DNA of 64,000 nucleotides, taken from assembly GCA_009914755.4 (NCBI GenBank), contig CP068257.2, forward strand, positions 31,392,001 to 31,456,000, in the 5' to 3' direction. Numbering within the stretch: the first letter of the stretch is position 1; each line of letters begins with the position of its first letter. Shown here piece after piece: positions 23,385-38,079 of this stretch. The translations under genes were made by a program, and so were the position numbers. The DNA comes from the human T2T-CHM13v2.0 reference genome, Homo sapiens. Below the pieces are notes generated by a model that saw only the letters and a program-made list of their open reading frames with translations, made no database searches and had not been told where the DNA came from.

Positions 23385-25809
23385 TTACCAGGAGAGTGGA
23401 TGGCATCCAATCTTCTTCAAATCGAGGCACGAAGTTTTTAGAAGTACATAGAATTTGAGCAATCTAACATGTCATGGAACAAACCCAAACCATAACCTTC
23501 ATGCTAATGAAATCACAAGAAATAAATGCATGGGAGATTTGCATGAAGGTGACTGAAATTAATAAACTATATCGTGCTCCATTGGAAAGGATCGAAGAGC
23601 AGATGCTAACTTAGCTGACCTGACAATAAGTGGAGTAGTGATTAGCCATGCTGCAGTGACTCACTGACCTGGCAAGCACCATCTGAGAGCAGTCCAATTT
23701 AAGTCAGTCACCATAGCGTCAGGGCGGGAGGGAGACAGGGATCTCCCAATGAGGTTCGTGCCCTTCCCTCTGGAAAGACCAGCTAAAGAGTCAACAGGGT
23801 AGCTGATAACACCAAATAATGTTGTTCTACACATAGGAGACAACAGATGTGTCCTGGATGATTTAGAAGAGGGGAAGAGAAAGAACACACGAGGGGCCCA
23901 GAAGCCAGGGAAGGCTTCAGGAAGGAGGGAGATTTCAACTGGTCCTGATAGATGAATCAGATTGAAGCAGGGAATTGAGGGATGCTAACAGTTAGACCAC
24001 CCTTGGGTTGATTCTGCTCAGAGAGTTCTAGAATCCTGATGATGGAAAGAGCAAAGTCAGCTCATGGTATGGGGTGAGACCTGTGCTCCATCGTCATAGC
24101 CCACAAACCCTGGCACATCCATGGCAGGGCCTGACCCCAAACCTAGAGTCAGCATCTTCAAGGGTTAGTGCCACGAATTTGTATGTTCGTAATTACCAGG
24201 TGATTCTGATCTAATGACCCCTATCTCAAAGATGAAGAAATCGAGGTCCAGGGAAAGGATGTGATTGGCTCATGGGGCATATATTGTGAATTCATTTAGG
24301 ATGTGACTTTCCAACCATTTCTCCAATACTTCTCCATGAAGGGTGTGCTCTGAAACCCCACCTGCAGAGGCAAGCAGGGTCACCCTACACCTCTCTTTGG
24401 CTGGACTCTGTCTCCTCGACTGGGTTCGGAAGGTTGTAATGGTGCATGGCAGCTTCTCTGCTCCATTGTTAATAATCCACTCATCTGGAAGAAAAAGCAG
24501 CAGCTTCTTCCACCACCCCGGAATTGCAACATTTGTCCTTAGTGAAGCAGGGGATGGAAAAAAAAAGAAAACTCTGCTGATACAGTTTTGCCTTTTCCTG
24601 CAGGTCCTTTGGACTCAGCCTGAGAACCTGCCCCAGCTGCAGAAGCGCTGTCTCTAAAGGGCTGCCGTCTTAACCCCTTAACCCAAATTTCATTCCCTCA
24701 AGGCTTGCCAGGGGCCGGTCTGTCGTCACAGGCATTCCTTGCAGATGCATCAAGGTTATTTTCCCATTTTTGAAAGGATGTGTGGGAACATGGAAATTCT
24801 GCTCTGTTTCAGCCAAAACAGAAAAACAGGATTGTGTTCCTAAATCCTTGAATTCCTCTCCCTGCTCCTCTCATCATTTCCTGAAATCCCACTTGTATGT
24901 CCTCCTGCAAGACTTTGCAGTGCCTCTGTTATCTGACTGCACCCAAGCAGGCATCATTAAGACCAACTCCCAGTTGCTTTTTAACAAGCTGCCCCACCCA
25001 CCATCTCGGTCCCCCCCAGAGCATCCCCATCTTTTCTGTTTCCAAAGATATTTTTATACCTTTTGTTTCAAAGATGATTCCTCCCAGGACAGGGCTCTCT
25101 GACCACCTGGTCCTGTGCACACCCTCTGTCCCCTGCACTGATGCCCTTTGCCCTGACATCCCTTCAGCTTTGCTAGGACAAGGGTCTCTGGCAAGGGGCT
25201 GAGGCCACTGGCTTAAGTGGGGTTTAGAGATCACACATTTATTTCATGTATCCTTGCTTCCCTCTAACACTGAAAACCTGTCAGTTACTCATTCATTCAT
25301 CAAATATGAAGCACCTATTGGATACCAAGCACTGTATGAAGCCCTGCGATGGCTGGGAGGTTGCTATGGCTCCTTATGTATTCAGATCCAACACGACAGA
25401 CTGAGGAAACGATTTAGGAATCAAAATCAGAGCTGCCTCAAGAAGTGGATCGAAGAATCCAAGTGACTGCAAAGTCTTTTTCTTCCTTTTGTAAATAAAC
25501 AGTTATGAAGAGACAAGAAAAAACATCTCACAACTCTGTCTGGTTCCAGGGAATTGGGCTGGTCATATGTGAGGCTTTAGGCACAGAGCTTCATTTCATT
25601 CTATTCACGTAATGCACAAGTATTAAGTGCCTCCCATGTTGAAGGGTCCTTCCTTTCCATAGGATATCTGCAATCCAAGGCCTATGAGGTCATGGTGATG
25701 GGTCTGAAAAACCCAACAGGTATGAAAATGTTCTAGAGACATGCTGTACAATGACATGAATATAGTTGACACTCCTGAACAGTCGCTGTAATTAAAAATG
25801 GTTGTGATC

Positions 25810-26210
<401 letters not shown>

Positions 26211-27310
26211 TCATGCACACTGGCTTATGGGCAGTGCCAGGAAAGACCCATTTCCCAGTAGCAGGCCCAGCACGAAAGAGCCGACGGGGTGAGGGGTGGG
26301 CCAGGGGTCCCAGGCAGAGGGGCCAGGACATTTGAGGCTGCCTCATCTGTGCATACGTCCTAGGGATGGAGCCAATAAGAGACAGATGTGCCCTAGACCC
26401 TACCTGCTCCGTAGGCAAAAGCCAATCACAGCCAGGGATCCCAACATTTGCGTGAATGCTAATTGAGGCTTTTTATTTCTTAACTTGTGAAGATGGCAGA
26501 AGTTTTATTTTCTTACTTCTCAGAATTCCGCCTGGCCTACCAGATGCCTAGCTCTTAAAAGGACCTCGTTCTCTGCACTGATGGACTCTGGCAGAGTTTG
26601 GGATGGGAGGTGGTGGTGAAGAGGAGGCAGTCCTACACTTTAAGTGAGAAAAGTACAAAAAAGAACGGTCTCTAAAACACAGCTGCCAATGTCAGTGGGG
26701 TTCCTTCATTCTTGAAATTCACCTGATGACGGTGAACAGGTTCAATATGAAGTTCATTTTTCAATTCATTCTATCTCATCTGAGTACCTACTCTGGGACC
26801 ATGGACTGTATAGAAATTAGGACTTGAAATTGTCCTTTGCCACCTCCTTCCTTCACCTTATGGAGTACAGAACAATGGCTCTGGGCAGGGCCAGCTTCAG
26901 GTGTGCATGACCCATTGGGACAGTGGCGTAGAACCCCGTGCTTGGAAGAGCCTTGAACGTGGTCAATGCTCTGCTGTCAGCCCTTCCTGACTTTTAAATA
27001 AGGGGGCCCCATATTTACATTTCATACTAAGGCTCAAAAATCATGTAGCTGGTTTTGCTCTTGGTAATGAAAGACTCCTTGAGGTGGTTCCCACAGTTTT
27101 CCATATCCCAGCCAGGGCTCTCTTCACACTGTCCCCACTTCCATGGCTGGAGCCGTAGTTTTTTCCTGGTCATAACTGTGGAAGGCAGGAAAAACTCACT
27201 TCTTAAGTCCTAACCCAAGATCATATTTTTTCCTGTTAAAAATTGCTGTTCATCTTAAAGTAGCAACATGAGTCTTAAACGGGATTCAGTACTTCAGTCC
27301 AATGTGCTAA

Positions 27311-27718
<408 letters not shown>

Positions 27719-28984
27719 TAAATTTCCCTGTGAGTCCTACCTAGGCCTAAGGAAGGAAAGGGAAGTCCAACACAAGAAAAACATCTTCACTCCTTAAAAC
27801 TCTTAAACATGTAGGCTCCCCACGTCGTATACATTAACATCTCTGCTAATGTATGAAATAAATTTCTGGCACAAAAATCCTAACTCATTCATTAAGAACA
27901 ACAGGAAAGCAAGTTCTACCAAACACCATAATCAACCCACTGATATTTACCGATAGCCTTCCCTCACCCCCACCCCCAACCCCACTCCCACTGTGGGACT
28001 TAAAAGGACAAAATATTTTTGTGAAAACAGCATTTGTGTGCTTTTTTTTTTAAGGGCTAAGAATGTGAGATCTAAATCAATTCTAATATATTTCAAATAT
28101 ATTCATTATCATGCACTAAAAGAGAATTCCCATTTTGTGGTTCTCCAAGGAGAGTGACAGAGCCTTGTTTGTAACAGCCCCGGGCATAAGCAATCATTGT
28201 GTAGCTTAATTAGATATTCCCCGTGCTAGTGTGAGGGACATATGTCCATTCACTGTGACAAACACTGACAGCGGCCGGCGCTTTCATGATCCTGCTCTAT
28301 GCAGATAAAGGCAACGCAAGTGCGAGCTCTCCCAAGGACCTGTGGCCCCAGCCGGCCCCGGCACAATCAGCCCGCATTCACCGATTGGTTCCAGTTTATT
28401 AATAGCCTATGAACTTCTCATCTGCTCCCGGACTGGTTAGGACTGTCACCTGCAACTGCCAGGCCAGAAAAGGCTTTTCCACTCCTCGGGATCCGAGCGG
28501 ATCTGGGTCTGCTGGGCCAGGCGCACTTTGTATTTTCCAACACAAAGAACAATGGATTTGAGGAGTTGTAAATTGCAAGAGTGGAAAAGCAGATCACGTT
28601 TTAGGTGGGTCCAGAAGGGAAGGCCACCCCACAGTCAAAGGGAAGGCAACTAGAAGCTAAAATAGGCTTGGCTAATTTTAAAAGCTACTTAAATTCTTAT
28701 AGTTCCAATTTTTAAATATACCTTCAAATGAATAGGAGTGGAGGGGAGCGTCCAAATGGGGAAAAGTCTTGGCCCATGTCCTCACCTTCTCTTTGGAAAA
28801 GGCAAACTATGAAAACAGGGGATGAATACCAGAATGTCCCTGGGTCCCCAATATTCTCTTGCACACCCCACCTTAGAAGTCTGTCTCCACCCTCTTCTCA
28901 GAACCGAGTCCAACTTTTTTCGGCTGAAAACCCGTTTTGATCAGGAATTCTCCCTGACTTTTTTCTCCTCTGGGGAAATGTGTA

Positions 28985-29560
28985 TTCGTTAGCTCATGCT
29001 GCCATAACAAAGTATAGCAAACTGGGTCGTTTAAGCAACAGCCATTTATTGGCTCACAGTTCTGGAAGCCAGAAGTATAAAATCCAGCTGTCAATTGTGT
29101 TGGTTCCTTCCGTGAGGGAAGGATCTGTTCCAGGCCCCTCTCCTTGGCTTCTAGAGGGCTGTCTTCTCCATGGGTCTTCATGTTATCTCCCTTCCATACG
29201 TATCTGTCTCTGTGTCCAAATTTCCCCTTTGCCGAAAGACATGAGTCACAATGGATTAGGGCCCACACTAAAGAAATCATTTTAACTTGATTACCTCTTT
29301 AATTGATTACCTCTACTTCCAAATACAGTCACTTTCTGAGGTACTGGGTGGTAGAATTCCAACATATCTTATTCCCAAGGTATGTTGGGAAAGGAATCTT
29401 TCTTCCATTTCTTAAGGGACCTAATACAAAAGCACCACTTGCTCTAACTCCCCACCCAGACTGGAGATATATTAGGTCCCCTGGCCAAATATCAACCCCA
29501 TCCTCTAAGATCATTGCAAAATAAACCACTTTCAAATAGAGAGAGGCCCTCTCTGTCTTT
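28985..29560 (+). repeat. Old interspersed repeat of a family I cannot name with confidence; same family as 38080-38880
   Basis: gctgccataacaaagtatagcaaactgggtcgtttaagcaacagccatttattggctcacagttctggaagccagaagtataaaatccag...ccaaatttcccctttgccgaaagacatgagtcacaatggattagggcccacactaaagaaatcattttaacttgattacctct...gtcactttctgaggtactgggtggtagaattccaacata. These motifs (ccataacaaagtaccacagactgggtggcttaaacaacag..., ttataaggacaccagtcatattggattagggcccaccctaatgacctcat...) belong to a very common human repeat. Confidence 0.6.
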
Positions 29561-30896
29561 GTCTTCTACTGTTACATAGGGGCTACTCTGGTGGAATTTG
29601 AGTCTTTAAAAATGGTCCAATTCTATTTCAAAGAAAGCCAGAACTTGAAAAGACCTAAGAGAAGAGTTGAACCCCTCTGTGCAATGGGCCCAAAGGGGAA
29701 ATGGCCTGAGGTCACCACGCTAGTTGGTGATAGAACGGAGTCTAGAATCCAGGCAGCATTCAGCTCCTCTGATGGGTCCACAGAGCAGTAGGAAGTCTTG
29801 ATGCCAGCTAGTGAGGGAACCCCTCAGTTTAACTCCTCTGAGACTGGAGAGCTCCCAGGCACCCTTGACTGGCTTTTCTCTCCTCTTTATAGGGAATCCA
29901 AGAATCCCCCATCTGGACCACTATAGAAAGGCACACTGTCAACCTGCATCAGCGCAATGCTTCCACTAACTGGACAGATCTAGAATTAAGGCACCAAAGA
30001 AAGAGGTCCACCTGGTCAGTTGATAATTGATACTCTTTATAATTGCAAGTTAATGGGCTCTTGAAGTCTGGCAGATCTGGGTTTGAACACCAGCACCACC
30101 ATCTACCAGCAGTGTGACTGGCATCCACCATTTAACCTCAGCTTTTTTGTAAAATTCCTACCTCTCCCAGTTGTCATGAGAATGGACATCAATAATGCAT
30201 ATACATTTCTTGATAGCAATAACATAACTGACCTTAAAATAGGTCATTTTTATTAGTTATCCTCCTTAGGCAGAAATGCATTGGTCACATGGTGGACCCA
30301 GAAATGGGAAGTTGTTTTACACAAATTAAAACAAAGCAAAGCTTTATTTTCCTCTTATCCAAAGCTATTTCAGAGAATAAATAATCAGGAAGCAGCTGTC
30401 AAGTGAGGTAGATGAATGGTTAGTTTTCCCAGATATCACTTCATTCCACTCCTACAGACCATAAGCTGGCAGAACTGATCAACAGGAACAATTTAAGAAT
30501 GCTGCCTAGGGGCACTCCAATGAGCTTTTTATCCCCATCAGTTGTGGATAGCCACTGTGGTAGGACAGAGGAAAATAGATGGAATGTCAATATAAGTATC
30601 AACTGGAAAGGTTCTCCCAAATTAAATAATTAGCCTGGAAGACAAACCCCAATGTCTGATGAGGACTCAGTGGTCCATTTGTGAGGTGAACATGAATCCC
30701 TTCTAAGGAGGCAGCTCCCTTTGAATGCTTCTACCAAAGTTTTCCATAATCTTTGGTGTCTATGAGGTCAGCAGGTCAGGTTATTATCACTCTAATATTG
30801 TTCCATGGGTCATGTGGTCAAGAGATTCCCAGAGTCACATGGCAGAGCCAAGACCAGGATCAGGGCTTCTGCCACTGGACTAGGCTCATCCCTTTC

Positions 30897-30952
30897 ACTG
30901 TTCCAGACTGTTCTAGATTATTCCAGACTGTTCCACACTGTTCCACATTCTC
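30897..30952 (+). repeat. About 5 copies of an 11-bp tandem repeat (ttccagactgt)
   Basis: cactgttccagactgttctagattattccagactgttccacactgttccacattc. Confidence 0.85.
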
Positions 30953-32717
30953 ATGTGTGCCTTGGGGCCCAAAATAGGGATGCTTGAAAAACTGCCACAT
31001 ATTGTTTTCAGGCATATTCCAAATGTCTAAGAGATTTATAGAGCCATTTTGTCTTTACTATTAATGAAGGTGACAACTGGCCACCATCAATCTCACTAAT
31101 GTGAATGCAAAATAACTCTACAAATCTCTTAGACACAAGAATGGAAGCTGGGCATGCCCCCGCGTGAGGTTATTTCAGAGTCACCTGAAGGTCTTCCATC
31201 TCCCACCTCCCCAGTTACAATGTTTTGAACTTTTTATTTCCTTGGATGTCTCAAATATCCATAGAGCTTAAATGCAAATGTCTGTAAAAAATAAAAAAAT
31301 ACAAGGGGCTTCCTCAGCAGTTTACCTCCATGTGATATGCCTATGTCCAATACAGAAACACCTAGTCAGACGCACTTCCCATGCCCAAAGGGGCAGACAG
31401 CTCTTCTTGTTGTATGTGGTTGGCAGGGGGAGTCAGACCCATGGAAACATTTTTACAGTTAGGAAATGCAGGCAAGAGTTATGCACACACAAGGGCTGGG
31501 GGCTGTTTCAATTCTATATTGTAGCAGAGCAAACTATCTCCAAACTTAGTGACTTACAACCACCAGTTCATGATTTATCAAGACCCTGAGGGTGGGAAGT
31601 CTGGAGAGGGTATCATGGGGATGGCTCCCCTCTGCTCCATGAGCGGGGCTGGGATGTCCATGATGGCTTCTTCCCTCCCGTGTCTGGTGCCTCAGCTAGG
31701 ATCAGTCAGGGTCACCACTAAATAATTGGCACGGATGGCTTAAATGGAGGGGGTTGGCTGGATCTGCTCGGTGGGGGGCTCACAAGGCCTTGGGTTAAGG
31801 TCTGAGGTCTTGGGTCCCTTTCCTCTCTTTCCATGTAGACTCAGGACATCTCTCCCTCTCTCCATGTGGCCCCTCTGGCTGAGCTTCTAAAATGGCAGCT
31901 GGCTTCCAAAAACACAAAAGTGAAGGCTGCCAGACTTCCTTAAGGTTTAGGCCCAGAACAGGTATAACTTCACTTCTATTGCATCCTGTTGACTAAAGTG
32001 TGTCACGCGGCCAGCCCAGATTTAATTTGGAAGGGAATTACACATAGACTTGGGTACTGGAGGTGTGTTGCAGTGGGGGCTATCTTTGGAAGCCAGCTAC
32101 CTTAGGAGCTCACCCTTTCCACCTTCTGCCCCTGCAAGGGCTGAACAGATCAGTCTCCATCTTTGAGTGGTGCTCCCCTCAGGACAGCACAGGAGAGGCT
32201 GGGTCTGCCATTCCCCCCGGGGACTTAATTCTCAGCCACATGAGAGTACTGGCAATGGATGAACATGGATGGCACCATCTAGCCAAGGATGGAAAATTCT
32301 CCCTGCGCAAATGTGAACAAAAGCAGTTTGCAGTATGTAAGCAATTGCTCAAGGCTGATAACAGCCTCAGGGGGAAGTCCAACATGAGAAAGCAGAGGGT
32401 GCCTGGTCTCCACGGACTCTTAGTGGGCATTTGTGCACATCTAGCAGAGGAGAACGGAGGATCTGACAGCCTTTGTGCAGCAGGCTGGAGTTGAGCTCCC
32501 TCGGGATTTGCATCTGGTGATAAATGGAGGCTGGCTGCACATGAACACTGTCTGTCTGAGGCTGTGCAGTAACCCCAAAAGGACAGTGGTGGACAGGATT
32601 CCCCTCAAATGGGAAAAGATAAACAGGAAGTGTGGGGTGGGGTATTGGAGTCTGTTATGTCCGCTGTGGACGTTTTGTTTCCCCAAGGTCAAGATGCCTC
32701 TATAAAAGATGTGTGGT

Positions 32718-32861
32718 TGGCCAAGCATGGAGGCTCATGCCTATAATCCTAGCACTTTGGGAGGCCGAGGCCGGGGCCGGAGGATTGCTTGAGGCCAGGA
32801 GTTTGAGACTAGCCTGGGCAACATAGTGAGACCCTCATCTCTATGGAAAATAAAAAATAAA
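32718..32861 (+). mobile_element. Free left Alu monomer (FLAM-like, ~140 bp) flanked by a 12-bp target-site duplication
   Basis: ggccaagcatggaggctcatgcctataatcctagcactttgggaggccgaggccggggccggaggattgcttgaggccaggagtttgagactagcctgggcaacatagtgagaccctcatctctatggaaaataaaaaataa. The TSD aaagatgtgtgg lies at 32706-32717 and again at 32860-32871. Confidence 0.85.
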
Positions 32862-35800
32862 GATGTGTGGCAGAGATTTTCTCTTTATGCAGCCAAACAA
32901 AATCCATGGCTGGATTTTCATTCATTCAACAAGTACTTATCCTGGACTTTATATGTCCCAGGCAGAGTCCTAGGCCCTGGGGACAAAAATATTTACAATA
33001 TAATTTTAGGCTGGAAAAAAAGCAAAGCTTATAGGGAAAAGGATGGTTACTACATGGATATTGGGGCAGGGAAGGCAGCTCAGATAAGATGACTTTGGAG
33101 GAGAAACCTGGAGAAGTGTGTATACCCTGAGGCTCCACAGGACAGGTGCTCCAAGGACAGAAAACTGCAAGAGCAATGGTACAGAGGCAGGAACGAGGCT
33201 GGGGTATTGCAGAAAGGTCCATGGGGCCTGTGCAGTTGGAGCAAGGTAACTGCAGGGCTGGGGCTGGGAGCGGGGATGGAGAAGGGGCAGGACAGGGAGT
33301 CTGAGAGGCAGACAGACCCTCCCCCCACTCCACCCCTGTGCAGTCTCAGGGCCTCTCTCTCTCTCTCTCTCTCAGTGTAGCCCCAAGCAAGACCGTCCAA
33401 CTTCTAATATGGCCACTGCTTCCAAAAACCCAAAAGCTCAGGGGTCAGGTTGGGTAGAATCTTTTGGGCCCTTGGATTTAATCCTCAGTATGTTAGAAAG
33501 CTACAAAGGCTTTCAAGAGAGAACAGACAACCTGCCTGGTTTACATTTTGTTTGGAGTTGAAGCCAGGGTGGTCTCCTCCTATGCATATTAGCGGAAGCT
33601 TGGACACTGGTCATTTATCCAGAAGAAAGTAAAAACTGAAGGGTCAAATGAGGCTACTCCGAATATTGTGAGACCTAGGAGAAAGAAGAGAAATAAGGCC
33701 CCATGGCCTGTATCCCGTCCCTCTCCTCTCCACATCCCCAGCTCCGTCTTGTGCTGCGGGCCTCGTGCACGTGCACAGGATGGGGGCAAGCTCTGGGTGG
33801 ACTGGTCCCCATGGCCCTGAGTACTCCTCACCCATGGAAAGGGGCACAGCCAGTCGGGGCCCGAGTGGAGCCTCTGCAGTCCAGGCCCAGGGCAGGTGGC
33901 TGAGTCGGAGCATCCAGGGGCAGCTCTAATTCCAACCATGACCACAGAGAACAGGAGGCACCAGGCATCCACTGTCAGTCTGTAATCAGGATGATCAGTG
34001 CATTCCCCACTCAGCACACAGTCTCCCACAGACATGCAGCCACGGTGTGGCCTCAGCATCAGGGATATTTGCAACATCCATATGGCTTCCAGAACAAGAG
34101 AGCAGGGAGGGTAAGAACAGGGAGCAGTGTGGGAAATGGGTGGGCTCAGAGGCCTGCCCAGGAGTTCTTGGCCAGGGTGGAGAACCCATCTGCAGTACAG
34201 TGCTGGGGGAGGCCAGGGAAGGAGGCTGGGTGTGAACATCCAAAGAGCCTGCAGAGTGGGCACAATATGGGCTGTCGCCAGCTCACGATGCCTCCCTTTC
34301 TCTGGGCTGCAGTCGGCATCTACGATTAATAAGACATAGAGAAGTCATTCACCAGAAGTCCTCTTAGAAAAAGCAGTGCTTTTGACTGGAAAAGAATGAT
34401 GAGTTGCAAAAGTATGGTAAGTTAAAAATGCATCTTCGGAAGAGGGTGAGTTCTGTTAGCGGGTGGGCAGGGGGATGGAGCTGGGGGCTGGGGCCAGGAT
34501 TGTGCTGAATTAATATGTGTAATAATGCAGGGAGGAGCCAGAGAGATTGGAAAGGTAAAAGGGTGGAAAGAGAGCAAAACTTAACATGGGTAGTGGATGC
34601 TGGAGAAAGACGTGAATGGGGAGTTGGAGTTGTCTGTTGAGTGTATTGTTTACAGTGCAAACCTCCAGAGGCCCATGAAGGGATCCTGAACCTACACTAC
34701 TGCAGATGGGCTGAGAGGCGGCATAAAGGCGGGGCTGGGGAGTGACAGAAAAAAGTTGTATCCCGAGAGCATCCCAGCGAGCCTCTCCAGCAGCAGCAAT
34801 CCCCCTGTGCCCCATTGGGTTCCACCAGCTCAGAGCAGGCAGGGCCTGAAACAGATGAAACCAAGAAGCAGCCAGTGATGGGTGACCCAGCCAGCTGGAA
34901 CCCAGCCCAGGGCAGGAGGCACCAGGAATCTCCTGTCCTTGGCAGAGACGCGGTTTTGATCCAGGCTAATACTGACTTCTGATACTCTCAGCAGCGCAGA
35001 ATTTTAGACCTGAAGAGTGACAGCCACCTCAGTTCTTCCCTTTGATAAAGGGCACATGAATTCTGCTCTGTTGGCAAGAGTCCAACAATGCAGGCGAGTC
35101 CCTGATCTGGTAAAGCAAAGAAAACTTGCCCTAAACACTCTACAGAACTTAAAAGCATCCACCACTCAAATTGGGAAGAATCACAGGAGTTAATAATGGT
35201 GTTATTGCTCTTCTTAAATGTTATTAATAGTGATATAATACTTCCTGTCTCCTCATTTGGAGACAAGCAGCTGCCATGCGCCAGGATAATGAAGGTCATA
35301 ATAGGGGAGGAAGGAGCATGAAATTGACTCTGACCTTAGTCTCCATGCAATGTGGGAAGCAGTGCCAGTTGCCACAGCTGCACCGCTTTCCCTCCCATCA
35401 GCGGGGAGTTGACGGAAGGCCAAGCCCACCCTGGGGAGATTCTAGAATATTCTAGCACCATGAGGCTGGACCGCATCCCAACCTGGCAAGAAAATTCTGG
35501 TGATCAAGAGATCATCATTCTGCAAACTTCCTGGGAAGGCTTTTCTGATCAAAGAACTGCGGGTGTCCAATCCTGCACACATGTTAACATGTACGAGCAC
35601 TGAGGCAAGAGGCACAGTATGAGAGACTCAGAGAACAATTCTTTCCTGTCTGTTTAGCCAGGGCTCTGCATCAAGTGTTACTGGGCTGGCCTCAGCTTCC
35701 TCATCTGCAAAACGAACAGTTGTCTGCCCAGCCCCATAGGAGTTCTGTAAGGCTAAAATGAGATAACAGATGTGAAGGTGGTTTACAAAAAATAAGTGTG

Positions 35801-37544
35801 GGGCTATTCCTCTGCAGGGAACATCTCTATCACAGCTGGTTAGAGGTGACCACAGACCTCTGCTGCAGAGCATGCACCCACAAACCTGGACTTCAAAGCA
35901 GCCTCTTTTGCTGAGCTAGCTCTGCCCCTGCCCAACTCCTGTTGGGCAATCTCAGGTTGCAACATTTCTGAAAACACATTCTGACTGATTGACAGACCAG
36001 AGGAAGGCAATGCACCAGTGTCTCAATCCTTCTAGAAACTGCTATTAAAAACAGAAGACTGCAGGGAGGGTGCAGATCACAGTGGCTGTGGCTGGGGAAT
36101 TTTCCCTATTTTACCCCTTCCTTTCCCCCATCCTCCTCACTTGTCCTTCCATCCTGTTCCCGTTCTCTATTCCATACATAATGGTCTCATTACTCCGCCT
36201 CTCTGCCTGTCCCTTTCTTGACCCCCCAACCCACCCATTCCTTGTGCTTATCAAACCCCCTCTAAGACACTTCAGCTGCCAGCAAACTCTCCGTCACCCA
36301 ACCCTCAAAAGTAAAGCCTTGCTGTCCTCCAAACTGTGGTCCTCAGACCAAAGCATCAGTACCACCTGGGCACCTTATCAAAATGAAGAACCTTGGGCTC
36401 CACCCCGACCCACTGAACCAGACTCCAGACTTTGCATTTTAATAAGATCTACTAGTGCATATGTGTGCTCAGGTCTACAGCAGCTCCGATGACCTCCCCT
36501 AGCTCTAACACACAGGCTTCACCCCTCGTCCATACCACTGTTGGCCTTTCTTGGTAACCTGATATTGCTAGGCAGACGTTCACGTAGGCATCCTTCATAT
36601 CCCCAAACAGATTACAAATGATTAGAAGGCAGGGAATCCACACTTTCTCCAAGGGCCTAGAACAGGGCTCTGCACCATAGTAGATGACTGACCAAAGTCC
36701 CCTGAATGGGTCAGAGGACTTTGATCAGTCAGTCTAGATTCATCCTCTTCACTCATTCATCCAAGTCTTTATTAAGCAGCTACTCAGGGACCAGCCCTGT
36801 CCAAGCACTGGGGATCCAGCTGAGAGCAGGGCTTTCATGGAAGCCTCTAGAGCAGGAGGAACAGTCACATACAAACAAGTAGGCAAGTAGGTGCCGAGGT
36901 GGCTTTAGCTGCTGCTGAGTGCCAAGAGGAAAATCAAGCAGGGAGGAGTGGCCACACAGTAACTGACTGGAGGGTGGCCATTGGGTTGGGTGGTCTGAGA
37001 AGGTCTCTGGGGGCTCACATTTTCACTAAGACCTCAACATTGAGAAGACCTGGATGGAGGCTTCAGGCAGAAGGAACAGTTGGAGCCAAGGTCAGACAGA
37101 AGAATGGGCTTGGCCTATGTTCCAGGCACATGGCTTCTTCACCCTGCCCCATTCCAGGTAATCACGCACCCACCATGTGTCATCCATCCACCCCCTCTCC
37201 CAGGGGCAGGACCAATCCGAGGTCTCAGGCTTCTCCGAACCTGTCCCTGTCGCCAATGAGCAGCCCTCCCGAGAGGTAGGATGTCTGCCCGTGGTTGTTT
37301 CCTCATTGTTTTCTCCAAAGCCGACTTTGCTTTTTCTTTAAGCATGGTTGGGCACTCCATCAAATATTCATGTGCCTAAGTGACATGGATATGGAAGGAA
37401 GGTTTCTTGTAAAATTCAAATTCAGTCTCATGATCCCTGACGGAACCTGCCGAGGTCGTCTTGACCCTCGCTACTCACTACTTAAAGTGTGGTCCTCTGA
37501 CCGGCATCAGCTTCATCTGGGAGCTTATTGAAAATACCCCAGGT

Positions 37545-37725
37545 GTCCTGTTGTGCACCTATGGTCCCAGCTATTCAGGAGGCTGAGGCAGGAGGATCAC
37601 CTGGGCCTAGGAGTTTGAGGCTGCAGTGAGCTATGAACACATCTATGAATAGTCACAGCACTCCCACCTGGGCAACACAGCAAGACCCCATCTCTAACAG
37701 AGAAAAAAGAAAAACAGAATCTCAG
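37545..37725 (+). mobile_element. Partial Alu (right-arm / FRAM-like fragment, sense)
   Basis: aggtgtcctgttgtgcacctatggtcccagctattcaggaggctgaggcaggaggatcacctgggcctaggagtttgaggctgcagtgagctatgaacac...cacctgggcaacacagcaagaccccatctctaacagagaaaaaagaaaaac. Confidence 0.85.
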
Positions 37726-38079
37726 CCCCCACTCAAACCCACTGAATGAGAATCTGCACTTGAACAAGACCCCCAGGTAATCTGACCTAGAACAGAGTTC
37801 TGCCTTCAGACTCAAGGTCCCCAGAAATCACCAAAACAAGCTACACAGAACAGTGAACATGATGGTTAGCCAGATATGCATCGGATCCTTGCTTTAAAAA
37901 TCTCTTGTGAGTTGGGTGTCATTATGAGCTTCGTTTACAGGTGAATTAACTCAGGCACACGGAGGTTGAGTCACTCGCCTGAGTTGATAAACTTGGAAGT
38001 GGCAGGGCTAAGTTTGAGCCCTGGAGGGCTCACCGCAGACCTGTGCTCTAACACATAGGAGGAGTGAGGCTCAGAGGCT

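Noticed and set aside
33589-34263. 224-aa minus-strand ORF, and the 157-aa ORF at 57016-57489
   Set aside because: No start context, motifs or compositional signal of coding sequence. They sit in unremarkable intergenic DNA and are treated as chance ORFs. The 290-aa ORF at 51513-52385 is listed as a low-interest finding only because of its length.
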